From NCBI RefSeq assembly GCF_009914755.1, contig NC_060937.1: a stretch of 64,000 bases of DNA; one strand, written 5' to 3'. A program made the position numbers and the translations under genes. The stretch comes from the human T2T-CHM13v2.0 reference genome, Homo sapiens. Positions 44,480-64,000 of this stretch are shown piece after piece. Positions within the stretch are counted from its first letter, which is position 1, and every line of letters begins with the position of its first letter. The notes under the pieces were generated by a model. That model was not told where the DNA came from. It searched no databases and saw only the letters and a list, made by a program, of their open reading frames with translations.

Positions 44480-44980
44480 TATACTGAAACAAGTAAAAGG
44501 TTCCTTGCAAGGCATCGGAGTCTCTTCACACATTGTTTCTGGTCAGTTTGGATGTGTCTCACTGTTGCATCCCATATCCTGTAAGCCACTTTCTCTCCTG
44601 TCATCAATTTCATCCAAATATATTTCCTTGACTTTCTTCAAGCAACATTTTGTTGTTGTTATTTTGGTTGTTACTCAGCTTTTACTATAGCATTCTATCT
44701 ACTGTTTCATGTATCATGTCTTGAATTCCAGCTTTTCTAGTTATTTGATGCTTAAAATCACGCTTTCTATACAGGACAATTTTTTCCTGTGATCTTGAAT
44801 TCTTTAGAAGTAGCATTGTTCTAGACAAGCCTCAGTGTTGGATGTGAGAGAGTTTTTCTTATCTATTTTCTGAAGAAGAAATACTCATCTGTTCTAACTA
44901 GTTACTAAATGTCCAGTGTATTACCTTTTTCTTGCTGAGACTTTCATAAATTATTTCTTTTTGTGACTATTAATGAAGAA

Positions 44981-45185
44981 ACAACATGTGGCTCTCAGGG
45001 TGAAAATGGAGGCTTTGGAATCAGAATCTAATGAGCTTAAATTTTAGTCTTGGACAAGTCATTTAACATGTAAAACTCAATCATCTGTAATGTATACTAT
45101 ATTTCAAGCTTACAGTCTTTCTGTGAAAATTTAATAAGAAAATATATGTAAAGTGCTTAGAGTAATGCCTTGGAAACATAAAATA
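44981..45185 (+). mobile_element. MIR
   Basis: ggctttggaatcaga...cttggacaagtcatttaac...tcatctgtaa...tatgtaaagtgcttag. Confidence 0.75.
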
Positions 45186-46399
45186 CAATGAATCTTTCTT
45201 TTATATTTAATTTCAACCAAAAAATAACAGTTATTTTTGTGACTGAAAGGACAAATAACATCAATTCTGTCTGCAATTTCTGGGTGGAGAAATTTAATTT
45301 CCCACATTGGCAACTATAATTCTTCATGCTGAACTCACATGCTGCACAATGAAAATATAAACTGATATTCAAAGAGATGACTTAATTTAAAAATATGTTT
45401 AAAGAAATGATCAAAACATTTAGAAAGAATGATGTAGTCGCTAAAATAACTTATTTTATTTCAAGACTCCCCAGTGGATTTTCAACAGTCCTTTCATAAT
45501 GATGAACTAAGAACATTTTCAGATTAGCTGTGTAGAAAGATCAAACTAGCTTTACATTTGTTGAGGTAAAAAATAAATGTTAGGTTTTGTGTGACATACA
45601 TTGATATTTCAAAATTACTAAATTGTTTACCATTAAGTTTAATAGAAACATCTAAAATATAAAAGGGAAAAAACCACATCTCAGTTAGTTACATTGTTAA
45701 GTATGAAAGAATGCTGGCAATCCATTTTTTCCTTATGGAAATATGATTTTATAGTCTAGACAATTTTTTTAATCCAAACAAGCAATTTCTTACTGATATT
45801 CTGTTTAGAATAATGTGATTACTTGGGAACTTAATTTATGATTGAAAACCATAATCTTTTTCCATATTACATCATATTACATTATTTTATTTAATAAAAA
45901 GCATGAGCTAAATGTCTCAGAATAATGAATACTTGGTTAATCTAGGTAATAACCAATGTTTTCAGCACTACTTTCCCCTAAAACAAAGCACAAATATTTG
46001 AGGAACTATAAAGTATTTCACTTGTCAGAAAAACGTATAAGGGCTCCATATAGAATCCGAGGCATGGCGCAAGAACTTCATTCTAAATGGTTTTATAATC
46101 TTATTGAGAATAAAAATCATATGACATGTCAAGAAAAAAATTAATGCCTGTGAATAGATGGTAACAGAGAGGACAACAGAGGCTTTAAAACCTACCCAAG
46201 TTAGCAAAAATGACATTGAAAATTCTAATCGACAGATCAATTGATTGATATAGATAGATAACTGTTTAAAAGTCTACATATTCATTTGCAAATTATGCAA
46301 TAGTTTAAAATCTATTAATGCTAATGTATTCAATATTACAAACCATGAGGCAAATTATCTTGCAGGCTTTAAAATTTGTTTCCTTTTTACTTTCTCAGC

Positions 46400-46760
46400 T
46401 TCAACTTTTCCCATTGTTGCATTATAGACACTCAGCTGTGTTTAGATCCCCATCATGCAAGGCTGTTACATAACTATAAGCATTTTGCATCAACTTTTCT
46501 TCACTTAGAAAGACTTTAACCTCTTTTGTGTGAGCTGTCCTACATTTTATGTCTTATTTGAGTTTCTCTGAATCTAGCACATGAATACAAATATTCTAAT
46601 TATTGCCAGTTTATTAGCATAGCTCATTAGATAACATTTTCCTTCTGCTGCAAAGTACAAGAGTGCATAGGACATATATTATCTTTTTATTGTTGTTATT
46701 CTTGTTTTATCCTCTCACACACATAGTCAGTATTCAGGAAATGTTAATTGATGTACTGAT
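46400..46760 (+). mobile_element. L2 3' fragment
   Basis: cattttgcatcaacttttcttcacttagaaagact and cacatagtcagtattcaggaaatgttaattgatg. Confidence 0.5.
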
Positions 46761-48144
46761 TAGAAATTATGAAGCAATTCTTACCCTTAATTTGTACAGA
46801 GGTGTACATGAATGGCCACTGGATTTTATTGCCTATGCTATAAGTAGAGAAATCCAAAGCCACGTCTAAGGCCTCATCAGGACATTCACTCAGCATATAA
46901 CTCCAATGGTCTTGTTGCATTAAGGGTAAGGGCATGAAATAAAAACGTGCTCAAATATGAGCTAACTCATAGCAAATTTTCATGGACTTCTTTCTCCCAG
47001 AAGAAAGACAGGATGACAAAGACATGTACCATTTTCTTTTCAAGAAACACATCTGGAAATTCTTAAAGTGTAAAACCTTGAGTTGTGCCTTCTTTAAGGA
47101 AAATTGTTGTTAGAAGAGGGAGCTTACAACAAACAAGTTTACTATTAGAGTTATCTGATACTAAGCACATATTATGCACAGTGAGGATTAAAACAATTGA
47201 GATATGTCTCTGTAATTTGGTATACCTATTTTTTTGATGCTCAGATTTTGAAAAAGGAATTCCGAGAATATTCCTTAAAAAACACAGTTATTTATTAATA
47301 TTTGCAATTATTTTGCCATGTCTGTCACTGATTTCCTTTGTATTCTTGAAAGATCAAATATCTCTGATTAAATATTTTTTAATAAAATGATAAAAATAAA
47401 TTTTTCTATTCAAAGAAAATCAATTTTCCTTGATGCATCAAGGTTATAATATATTGTGTTTATTTTACAATTACAAAAATAATGCTTCATCCCACTGTAT
47501 ACTTGGCTCAAAGGTAGAATATGTTAACTATTTTCTATAGTTCTACATTCCAGAATCAAGGTTAACTTATATAATATCATGGGTGGAAAAAACTCAAAGT
47601 TATCTTTTCCAACAAAAGAAATTGCTTGTACTACAGTTTGCATTCAGTATCTACCTGTTACACAAATAATCATCAACAGACAGAGAAGGGTGTCCTATAG
47701 CGTGAGTGAATCCATTCTTTTGTGACTATTTCCTTAACAAGAAATGGTGGAGTTATATCATTCAGTCCTTTCTCATATATATAAAGGCTAGCTTTTATTA
47801 CGCTTTAAAAAAAACCTTTCTTTTTTATGTGTCACGTTAAAAGTAGTTGAGAATATAAATGTGTTCATCCCAGTAGAGTTGCAAAAGATAAATTATTTTT
47901 CTCATTAAATGAATCTGGTTATCAAATCTGATTTCATTTCAAAAATAAGCTTGGGTATATATGACAATTTATTTTTTCCATTGATGTTTGTTTTTTCTCC
48001 TTAGTTTCTCCAGTGGAACACTTAAATTTTTTTAAAGACAAACAAGATAAAAGGTGGCATACTATAAATAAAAGTGAGATTAGTACTCACAACAGGAGAC
48101 TGGTCTGTATGAACAACGTACATGTCATCCTAATGTTTCTCATA

Positions 48145-48800
48145 TCTATTACTTCAGTGAAAAATACTTATTTGGATATCTCCTGCCTCTCAGATACTCT
48201 TCTAGTCAATGGAGATATGTGGGAGTGGAAAAGATCGATGTGATTCCTGATTTCTGGCTTTGCTGTATGAGTGGAGGGAGCAATTAGCAAGCAAACATAT
48301 ACATGAGTTGTTTTCAATAGTGATAAACATTATGAGTAAAATAAAGCAGGAACATGTGATGAAAGTAAATGAACATGTTAATGATATTGAATTATTCTGG
48401 AAGGTCTCTAAATAGAGGCATTTCAGAGCAGCACTGGATCAATGTAGAACCATCAGCTAAGTCCAAAGAAGCCCAATTAAAAGAGGCTTTAATTTAGAGC
48501 GCAAATGCCCTGAAGTGAAAGTATTTCAACTGCAATGGGAAATAGTGGAGTAACACAAGATCAAAAATGCTACAAATTTTTATGATATTTTAAAAGCCCA
48601 TTCTGGGTGTTAAATGAGTACAAAAGTGGTGGTAAATTGACATGTGAATGATGAATGTGAGTAAAAAATGGTAATGTGAAGAGTAGTGAAGTGATATCAC
48701 TCAGACTATATCTTGGCGATATATATGATTTGTTAATATAGTAAATAAGTAAAAATAAAAGAGAAGCAGAATGCAGACACAGAATATCTAGACTGATCAC
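48145..48800 (-). mobile_element. L2a fragment
   Basis: tagtgataaacattatgagtaaaataaagcagg, ggaaggtctct, gcaaatgccctgaagtg. Confidence 0.7.
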
Positions 48801-48964
48801 ACCATTAGCTTATGTTTCAAAATTCCCATCTGTTTTACTGAATATTTAGCTTATTATTAGTGCTTCTTAAAATAACAAAAACACCAGGTTTTAAGATTTC
48901 AATAGAAAGATCCAACTTCTAACTAATTATTGAAGTCAGACTGAAAGAGGCATTTTAATCATCT

Positions 48965-49095
48965 TAAGCCAGTCTTGGGAATCAAAGCGTCCTTAGCTCT
49001 AATCTGACTGCTGACATTGACCCCCTTTTTTGCCTTTGGAAAATTGCTTAATCCTTTTGCTTGTGTTTGCTGTTTGTAAAATGAAGATAATAAGC
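48965..49095 (+). mobile_element. MIR
   Basis: cctttggaaaattgcttaatcc...tttgtaaaatgaagataataa. Confidence 0.6.
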
Positions 49096-49989
49096 TGTTA
49101 TTATATAAGTTAGAAATGCTATCACATAAAACAGAATAAACTGACAAATATATCATGCATATGGAATTTATTGTGAAGCATCTTATTTTGCAATATACTT
49201 AAGAGGTATTTCAAAAAGTAATTAAAACAGATTAGAAATTTTATAAAATATGTTTAATTTTATGAGCCATTAATTAAATACAAAGATATCTAAATATTCA
49301 TAACAAAGCATAACTTATTTTAAAGTAAAAATTATATTCTTTGAAAATTTAAATATTTTTGATATGATTATTTGGAAAAATATTTGGTAGCGATCAGCCT
49401 CTAAGTTAGTTTGAAATAATGCATAAATGAGAAACTTGTTTTTCATCCATGGATACAAATATAAAACATAACAAAAATAAATAAAAATAAGAACAAAATC
49501 ATTTACTCTAAACAGAAGCTATCCACTTTATTTTTCCCCAGAAGAATCTTCACTTATGAATACAGAATTTGTACTAAAAACCAGTAACTACATTTAGGGG
49601 TCATACAGTTTACATAATCATTTTATTATATACACACCCAAAGTCATTAATGACTACTAGTAATCACATTTTCTCTTGTTCAAGAGGAGAGCAGTTTATT
49701 TAGCCATATCACATAATAGAGTGGTAGTAAAGGGTGAGTCACACCAAGATCTATAATTAGTTTCAAATAATTTCAAATGTGAATAGTGATATAAAGTAAT
49801 CGTACCATGAGGCAACTGCATTGTTCAGTAATTGCATATTCAGTTTTAATTTGTAACCTCACCCCCTTGCTGCTTGCATTTTCCATTTCTACTGTGAGTA
49901 AAGTTTACATCAGTTACACAATATGATGTGGAATGCAAAGGGGAATGCTCTGTCTACTCAATAAAGGTAGTTTACATTCAGTGTCTATT

Positions 49990-50200
49990 CACAATTGTGT
50001 AGCCACTAAGATAAGCACTTTAAGTACATAATTTAATCTAATTTTCTCAAGATTCATATGATAATTCTACAAGGGTATTCTTATAATTACCCATTTTAAT
50101 AGTTGAGAAATCTGACACCACACTAATTTCAATATCTAACGTTACAGAGTTAGTGAACGGGTGAGACTCAAGGTTTTCAAATTCCAAAACTATATATCTT
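49990..50200 (-). mobile_element. MIR
   Basis: taagcacttta...attacccattttaatagttgagaaatctga...gttacagagttagtga. Confidence 0.6.
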
Positions 50201-50888
50201 CTTTGTACTGCTAGCATTATGACATATAACTTTAGCATATGTGCATTTCAGAGTTAACTTTAATACTGCTTAAAAGTGTAAACATTGAATGAACTGTCTT
50301 TTGTTAAGAATTTATTTCATCTAACTTTCATGACGATCCAATATATGCTTACAGCAAAGGACAAAGGAATATGAATGTAAAGATCACCATTTTGCTTAAA
50401 TTGTATACATTTACCAAATTGATATCTACATGAAACAGAATACTATATAGAATAAGTAACTGTAAATAATTAGATAATTTGATCTTGGCACATCATTCTA
50501 CTCTAGGTTATGCCATTAAACAAAATTTTACTTTGAAAAACATAATAAGGATTTTGCTTCAGTACTATGCTTTGATTTTATGCAGAGACACGAAATCTGG
50601 CTAATTTCAGAAAGCACAGAAAGGATCAAGGGACAACTAGAGATTTCAAAGAAATGCTAAATATTTAAGACTCAGATAGAATGGAAACAAGACATTATAT
50701 TTAAAGATAAAATCTAATTAGCAGGAATTAATGAAAATATCCTCAGGACAGTTTGTGATATAAATAGCATACAAATTTTTATTGTAATTTTCAACATGAG
50801 TCAAACTTCAAGAGACAGAGTCTCAGGTACCAAGATTGAATGTCATGTTCAAGTGAACAAGAAATTTTAATTTTTCCCAATTAGCAGC

Positions 50889-51218
50889 TGCTGCAAGACT
50901 TTTCCTTAGTTCAGCTAAAGACAAGGTCCTTGGCTGTCCCACAGCCACAAGAATTTAGGCTTGCAGGTGGTTTGAAGGGTGAGTGAAGCAGGGTTTTATT
51001 GGGTGAAAAGGAAAAAAAGCGGGGGAAACAGGGATCTCCCGCAAGTCCAGAGTTCCTGCTAGAGCGCTTCCTACCCGCAGCTTGAATCCCAGGTCCTACA
51101 TAGGAAGAGAAGAAGCCTGGCTCCTCCCTGCTGCAAAGGGCACTAACTTTTGTGGCTCCACACCAGGGCAGAGGCCCCTGGAAGTTTCTCCAGGGACCCC
51201 TCCCACCTGGCTGTCTCA
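50889..51218 (-). mobile_element. MER61 ERV1 LTR (3' LTR)
   Basis: Reverse strand tgagacagcc...aataaaaccctg...ctttagctgaactaaggaaaagtcttgcagca; preceded on the minus strand by the PPT tttagagggggaaa (51219-32). Confidence 0.9.
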
Positions 51219-54504
<3,286 letters not shown>

Positions 54505-54508
<4 letters not shown>

Positions 54509-54657
54509 CCATGCTTGACTAATTTTTTTGTACTTTTGGTAAAGACAGGGTTTCGCCATGTTGGCCAGGCTGGTCTCAAACTCCTGACCTCAGGTGATCT
54601 GCTCACCTCGGCCTCCCAATGTGCTGGGATTACAGGTGTGAGCCACTGTGCCTGGAC
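54505..54657 (-). mobile_element. AluS left arm plus linker; right arm and tail missing
   Basis: gccaccatgcttgactaatt...gacctcaggtgatct...agccactgtgcctgg. Confidence 0.9.
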
Positions 54658-56265
54658 GAGGAATATATATTCTGTGGTTGATGGGTGGACTTATTCAACA
54701 GATGTCAGCTGTCCAAGTGTCCAATTTAAATCAATATTTTCTTTGTTAGCTTTCTGTCTCAATGATCTAATGCTGTCAGTGTGGTTTTGAAGTCCATACT
54801 ATGATTGTTTGGCTGTCTATGTCTTTTCATAGGTCTAGAAGTACTTGTTTATGAACAAGTATTTTATGTTCTTCAATAATGGGTGTGTATATGTTAGGAT
54901 AGTTAAGCCTTCTTATTTTATTCAACTCTTTATTATTATGTAATGCCCATCTTTGTCCTCTTTTACTGTTTTTGGTTTAAAGACTTTTATTCGATATAAT
55001 AATTGCACCCTGCTCTTTTTTTTTTTCCATTTGCATGATAGATCTTTCTCCATCCCTTTATTTTGTGCCTATGGGTGTTTTTATCTGTGAAGTGGATCCC
55101 TTGAAGACCAGAGATGAATGAGTTTTGTTTTTTAATCCAACTTACAGCTCTTTGCCTGTTAAGGTTTCTGTTGAAAAGTCTGTGGTAGCCTGACGGCATT
55201 CTCTTTGTATGTGATCTGATCTTTCTTTTTTTTTTTTTTTCTAGCTGTTTTTAAGAATTTTGTTCTTTCTGGTTGACCTTGGACAGTCTGTTGACTACAT
55301 GCCTTGGTGATGCTCATTTTGTATAGTATTTCAAAGTGTTCTCTGGATTTCCTGTATCTGGATGTCAATGGTTTAGACCACTGACATTCGAGGTTAATAT
55401 TGAATATTACTATTCACCATTGTGAAGCTGTTGGTTGGTTTCTTTGTAGTTTATATTGCATGGTTGCTATACAGGGTCTGTGGGTATGTACTTAAATGTG
55501 TTTTTCTGGAAGCAGAAAACATTCATTTCAATATTTAAAACTCCCTTAAGAATTTCTTGTAAGGATCTCTTGTAAGGCTAGTCTATTGGTAACAAATTCC
55601 CTTAGCACTTGCTTCTCTGGAAAATATTTTATTTCTCCTTTACTTATGAAGCTTAGTTTGGCAGGATATGAAATTCTTGGTTGGAATTTCTTTTCTTTAA
55701 GAATGCTGAAAATAGGCCCCCAGTATCTCCTGCTTTGTAAGGTTTTCACTGGGATGTCTGCTGGTAACCTGATGAGGCTCCCTTTTTATGTAATCTGACC
55801 TTTTCTTCTAGCTGCTTTTAAGATTTTTTTTTTCTGTAGTGTTGATCTCGCACAACCTGTTGAGTAGATGTCTTTGTGATACTCATTTTGTATTGTATTT
55901 CACAAATGTGCTCTGGATTTCTTGTATTTGGATGTCAAACCTCTCCAGCAAGATTAGAAAATTTTCTTGGATTATTCCTTCAAGTATATTTTCTGTGTTG
56001 CTTAATTTTTTCTCCTTCTCTCTTAGAAATGCCAATAATTCATAGGTTTTGTTGCTTTACATAAGCTCATATTTGTCAAATACTTTCTTAACTTTTTTTT
56101 TTAATTTTTGTCTGTCTGGGTTGATTTGAAAAACAAATGTTCAAGCTATGAAATTCTTTCTTCTGCTTGGTCTAGTCTATTGATAAAGATTTCAATTGTA
56201 TTTTGAAATTCCACTAGTGAGTTTTCAATTACAGAAGCTTTGACTGATTTCTTTTCAGAAGATTT
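54658..56265 (-). mobile_element. Old primate L1 (L1P4/L1PB-like) ORF1 and endonuclease region
   Basis: Peptides HRHKIKGWRKIYHANGKKKRAG (EN) and WGPIFSILKEKKFQPRISYPAKLSFISKGEIKYF (ORF1). Confidence 0.88.
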
Positions 56266-56472
56266 AAACAATAATATCCGAAACAATCAGTGGTTTCAGG
56301 TTGAGCCCTTAGGTTTCATTTTTATATGTAAGATGAAGTGTGCATAAATTTTTATGATTTGTCAAAAATCCTATCCCTTAAAATTATAATTTTTATTGTG
56401 CTTAACTTCTCTATTTATTAATTTATCTCTAAAAACCAGAATCAGTATACATATAGGTATAAATATAGATAT

Positions 56473-56930
56473 AGATCAGTAAGCTATTGTTTCTCACAAT
56501 GTCACTATGAAACTTGGTGGCTTAAAACACCACGAATATATTATTTCTAACAATTTTATCTTTCAGCTGGAAGGCTATTCTGGTCTGAACTTGGCTTACT
56601 CAGATATTTGTGCTTAGTTACAGATTGATAGGATGCTCAGCTGAACTTGGGTGGACACTATTTGGCAATTTTGATCAGGCTGATCAAGGATGGTTGGACC
56701 AGGAGAATTGAACTGTCCCCCATGTATCTCACATCATCCATCAACATACACCAAACTTGGTTCTATTGAAGTGGCAATTATATGGGAGGGTGAAAGGAAC
56801 CTGCCAAGCTTCTTAAAGTCTAGTCTTAAATTAGGCACAATGGCATTTTTGGTGGGCATAGCAGGTCACAAGACCAGTCCTCTACGTAATGTCAGAAAAC
56901 CAGTTTTACCTTGCAATGGAATTGATCTTG
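56473..56930 (-). mobile_element. MLT1G/H-type MaLR LTR
   Basis: aaacttggtggcttaaaacac...ctgccaagcttcttaaagtctagtc...gcaggtcacaagaccagtcc. Confidence 0.7.
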
Positions 56931-56955
56931 AGGAAGAATTAATTAAGGAAAATTT

Positions 56956-57246
56956 GTCAGGGCACAGTGGCTCATGCCTATAATCCCAGCACTTTGGGAG
57001 GCCGAGGCGGGTGGATCACCTGAGGTCAGGAGTTCGAGACGACCCTGGCCAACATGGCGAAACCCCAACTCTACTAAAAATACAAAAACTAGCTGGGCAT
57101 GGTGGCAGGCGCCTGTAATCCCAGCTACTCTGAAGGCTGAGGCAGGAGAATCGCTTGAACCCGGGAGGTGAAGGTTGCAGTAGCCAAGATTGCACCATTG
57201 TACTCCAGCCTGAGTGACACAGTGAGACTGTCTCAAAAAAAAAAAC
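56956..57246 (+). mobile_element. AluSx-like
   Basis: Full dimer; ggatcacctgaggtcaggagttcgag; perfect 11-bp TSD aaggaaaattt. Confidence 0.96.
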
Positions 57247-58419
57247 AAGGAAAATTTATAAATTAGTATACAAAAAATGATTCTTACTTCATAGCATTGT
57301 GGACAATGTAACATAAAAGACTGTGTTACTACATAGAGGATCCATATGCTAGTTCTTGTACAGACAGCTGTTAACACAATGCAACATAGGATGCATATCG
57401 TTAAGGAACATTTAAACTAAGTCTGTAATTTAAAGAAAACCCCACAATCATCAAGTACTTTTACTTATAGCAATGCTATTGACATTTCCTATTTCTAATG
57501 TTGTGATTAATTCTGTGAAGAATAACAACAGCATCTATAGTAATATTTAGTTATACAGTATAACTCATATATAGTAATATTGAGTCAATATAGTAATATT
57601 GAATTAATGGTTTATTAATTTATTTCTTCATACACTTCAGAACTATAGTAAGAACTTTATGTCCAGCGTCTCATGCTTAAAATAAGGTCTATGAGGAAGG
57701 CACCTTTTTTATAGTTTGTTTTGTGCACAGAGGCATAAAAATGTTCAATAACTTTTAATAATAAAAAACAAGTAAGTGGTGAATGATTAGGTAGATGCCA
57801 GATGACTTTGAAAGCATTGAAATCACTGATGATTCATATGAATTTGATATATTGAAAACAAAAATGCAGATAAATCACTATACGGAGTAATTGCTCCATA
57901 AAGATTAATGTCAGTTACACTTTTATTTTCTCACTGTAAGATAACATAAATAAGTTAAGTCCTGTAGTCTAAAAAATAGTATGTTTTTATTGATGGATTT
58001 CAAGTTTTGTGTTCAGTTTATTAGTATGTGGCCATAAACATGCTAATATGCTAGAATACTTGTAATGTGGCAACCATAAATTTCCTGTACTAGGATAATT
58101 CCTCCTTACTACTTCTATTTTTGTCTGTTTTGTATTTTATGGATACTTGTATTGGTGTTTATGTGTTTTCCACTGGCTCAACAAATTTAAAAAAAATCAC
58201 TGTTTCTTATAGTCTAATGTGACTTAATGAAGAACAATTTACTGTATAGTCTTATTTGGGTTTAACAAACCTCTTGCAGATGTGTAGCATATTAAATGAG
58301 AGATATAGTTCTTTAGTCTGCATGTAAACATAATTAGGTTTTTAATGTTCCAAGTTCTTGAAATTTAATAGTCCAAGAAAATGTTTTTATATAACATAAA
58401 GTTATCTTGAAAGAAAATA

Positions 58420-59328
58420 GGGGGGGAGGAGCCAAGATGGCCGAATAGGAACAGCTCCGGTCTACAGCTCCCAGCGTGAGCGACGCAGAAGACAGGGGAT
58501 TTCTGCATTTCCATCTGAGGTACCGGGTTCATCTCACCAGGGAGTGCCAGACAGTGGGCGCAGGTCAGTGGGTGCGCGCACCATGCGCGAGCCCAAGCAG
58601 GGCGAGGCATTGCCTCACTTGGGAAGCGCAAGGGGTCAGGGAGTTCCCTTTCTGAGTCAAAGAAAGGGGTGACGGACAGCACCTGGAAAATCGGGTCACT
58701 CCCACCCGAATACTGCGCTTTTCCGACAGGCTTAAAAAACGGCGCACCACGAGATTATATCCCCCACCTGGCTCGGAGGGTCCTACGCCCACGGAATCTC
58801 GCTGATTGCTAGCACAGCAGTCTGAGATCAAACTGCAAGGAAGCAGCAACGCTGGGGGAGGGGCGCCCGCCATTGCCCAGGCTTGATTAGGTAAACAAAG
58901 CAGCCGGGAAGCTCGAACTGGGTGGAGCCCACCACAGCTCAAGGAGGCCTACCTGCCTCTGTAGGCTCCACCTCTGGGGGCTGGGCACAAACAAACAAAA
59001 AGACAGCAGTAACCTCTGCAGACTTAAATGTCCCTGTCTGACAGCTTCGAACAGAGCAGTGGTTCTCCCAGCATGCAGCTGGAGATCTGAGAACGGGCAG
59101 ACTGCCTCCTCAAGTGGGTCCCTGACCCCTGAACCCCGAGCAGCCTAACTGGGAGGCACCCCCCAGCAGGGGCACACTGACACCTCACACGGCAGGGTAC
59201 TCCAACAGACCTGCAGCTGAGGGTCCTCTCTGTTAGAAGGAAAACTAACGAACAGAAAGGACATCCACACCAAAAACCCATCTGTACATCACCATCATCA
59301 AAGACCAAAAGTAGATAAAACCACAAAG
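58420..59328 (+). promoter_or_regulatory. L1 5' UTR internal sense and antisense promoter, CpG-rich
   Basis: YY1 site caagatggcc at 58433-42; many retained CpGs. Confidence 0.85.
58565..58873 (-). CDS. ORF0: L1 ORF0 variant, 102 aa
   Basis: MAGAPPPALLLPCSLISDCCASNQRDSVGVGPSEPGGGYNLVVRRFLS... matches the ORF0 N-terminus; context ggcaATGg. Confidence 0.55.
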   Translation of the reverse strand: MAGAPPPALLLPCSLISDCCASNQRDSVGVGPSEPGGGYNLVVRRFLSLSEKRSIRVGVTRFSRCCPSPLSLTQKGNSLTPCASQVRQCLALLGLAHGARTH

Positions 59329-60345
59329 ATGGGGAAAAAACAGAACAGAAAAACTGGAAACTCTAAAAAGCAGAGTGCCTCTCCTCCTCCAAAGGAACAC
59401 AGTTCCTCACCAGCAACGGAACAAAGCTGGATGGAGAATGACTTTGACGAGCTGAGAGAAGAAGGCTTCAGACAATCAAATTACTCTGAGCTACGGGAGG
59501 ACATTCAAACCAAAGGCAAAGAAGTTGAAAACTTTGAAAAAAATTTAGAAGAATGTATAACTAGAATAACCAATACAGAGAAGTGCTTAAAGGAGCTGAT
59601 GGAGCTGAAAACCAAGGCTCGAGAACTACGTGAAGAATGCAGAAGCCTCAGGAGCCGATGTGATCAACTGGAAGAAAGGGTATCAGCGATGGAAGATGAA
59701 ATGAATGAAATGAAGCGAGAAGGGAAGTCTAGAGAAAAAAGAATAAAAAGAAATGAGCAAAGCCTCCAAGAAATATGGGACTATGTGAAAAGACCAAATC
59801 TACGTCTGATTGGTGTACCTGAAAGTGATGGGGAGAATGGAACCAAGTTGGAAAACTCTCTGCAGGATATTATCCAGGAGAACTTCCCCAATCTAGCAAG
59901 GCAGGCCAACGTTCAGATTCAGGAAATACAGAGAACTCCACAAAGATACTCCTCGAGAAGAGCAACTCCAAGACACATAATTGTCAGATTCACCAAAGTT
60001 GAAATGAAGGAAAAAATGTTAAGGGCAGCCAGAGAGAAAGGTCGGGTTACCCTCAAAGGGAAGCCCATCAGACTAACAGCGGATCTCTCGGCAGAAACCC
60101 TACAAGCCAGAAGAGAGTGGGGGCCAATATTCAACATTCTTAAAGAAAAGAATTTTCAACCCAGAATTTCATATCCAGCGAAACTAAGCTTCATAAGTGA
60201 AGGAGAAATAAAATACTTTACAGACAAGCAAATGCTGAGAGATTTTGTCACCACCAGGCCTGCCTTACAAGAGCTCCTGAAGGAAGCACTAAACATGGAA
60301 AGGAACAACCGGTACCAGCCACTGCAAAATCATGCCAAAATGTAA
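59329..60345 (+). CDS. ORF1: L1 ORF1p RNA-binding chaperone, intact, 338 aa
   Basis: MGKKQNRK...; coiled coil and the REKG, ARR and YPAKLS motifs are all present. Confidence 0.97.
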   Translation: MGKKQNRKTGNSKKQSASPPPKEHSSSPATEQSWMENDFDELREEGFRQSNYSELREDIQTKGKEVENFEKNLEECITRITNTEKCLKELMELKTKARELREECRSLRSRCDQLEERVSAMEDEMNEMKREGKSREKRIKRNEQSLQEIWDYVKRPNLRLIGVPESDGENGTKLENSLQDIIQENFPNLARQANVQIQEIQRTPQRYSSRRATPRHIIVRFTKVEMKEKMLRAAREKGRVTLKGKPIRLTADLSAETLQARREWGPIFNILKEKNFQPRISYPAKLSFISEGEIKYFTDKQMLRDFVTTRPALQELLKEALNMERNNRYQPLQNHAKM

Positions 60346-60408
60346 AGACCACCGAGACTAGGAAGAAACTGCATCAACTAATGAGCAAAATAACCAGCTA
60401 ACATCATA

Positions 60409-64000
<3,592 letters not shown>

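Overview
This is AT-rich human (primate) genomic DNA, either intergenic or deep intronic. I found no host protein-coding exon, RNA gene or CRISPR-like structure. An AluYa5 with all five diagnostic bases points to human origin. Most of the window is layered transposon debris: L2 and MIR, old L1M families, MaLR/ERVL/ERV1 LTRs, a decayed ERVL provirus with readable gag/pol/integrase motifs, a half-deleted MER61 provirus, DNA transposons (MADE1, MER3, MER5, Tigger4) and Alus. The only intact coding sequence is in a young L1PA2/late-L1PA3 element that starts at 58420 and runs off the window. It has an intact ORF1 and an extended ORF0; its ORF2 has two early nonsense codons but is otherwise open and in frame. 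I do not see a new biological system. The most notable features are: a twin-primed L1 nested inside another twin-primed L1 with visible priming microhomology, a palindromic AT-rich repeat, an orphan ~690-bp insertion, a displaced ORF1 duplication, a provirus-Alu deletion junction and a diverged ~110-bp direct repeat. Subfamily names come from my recollection of consensus sequences, and boundaries of old elements are approximate.
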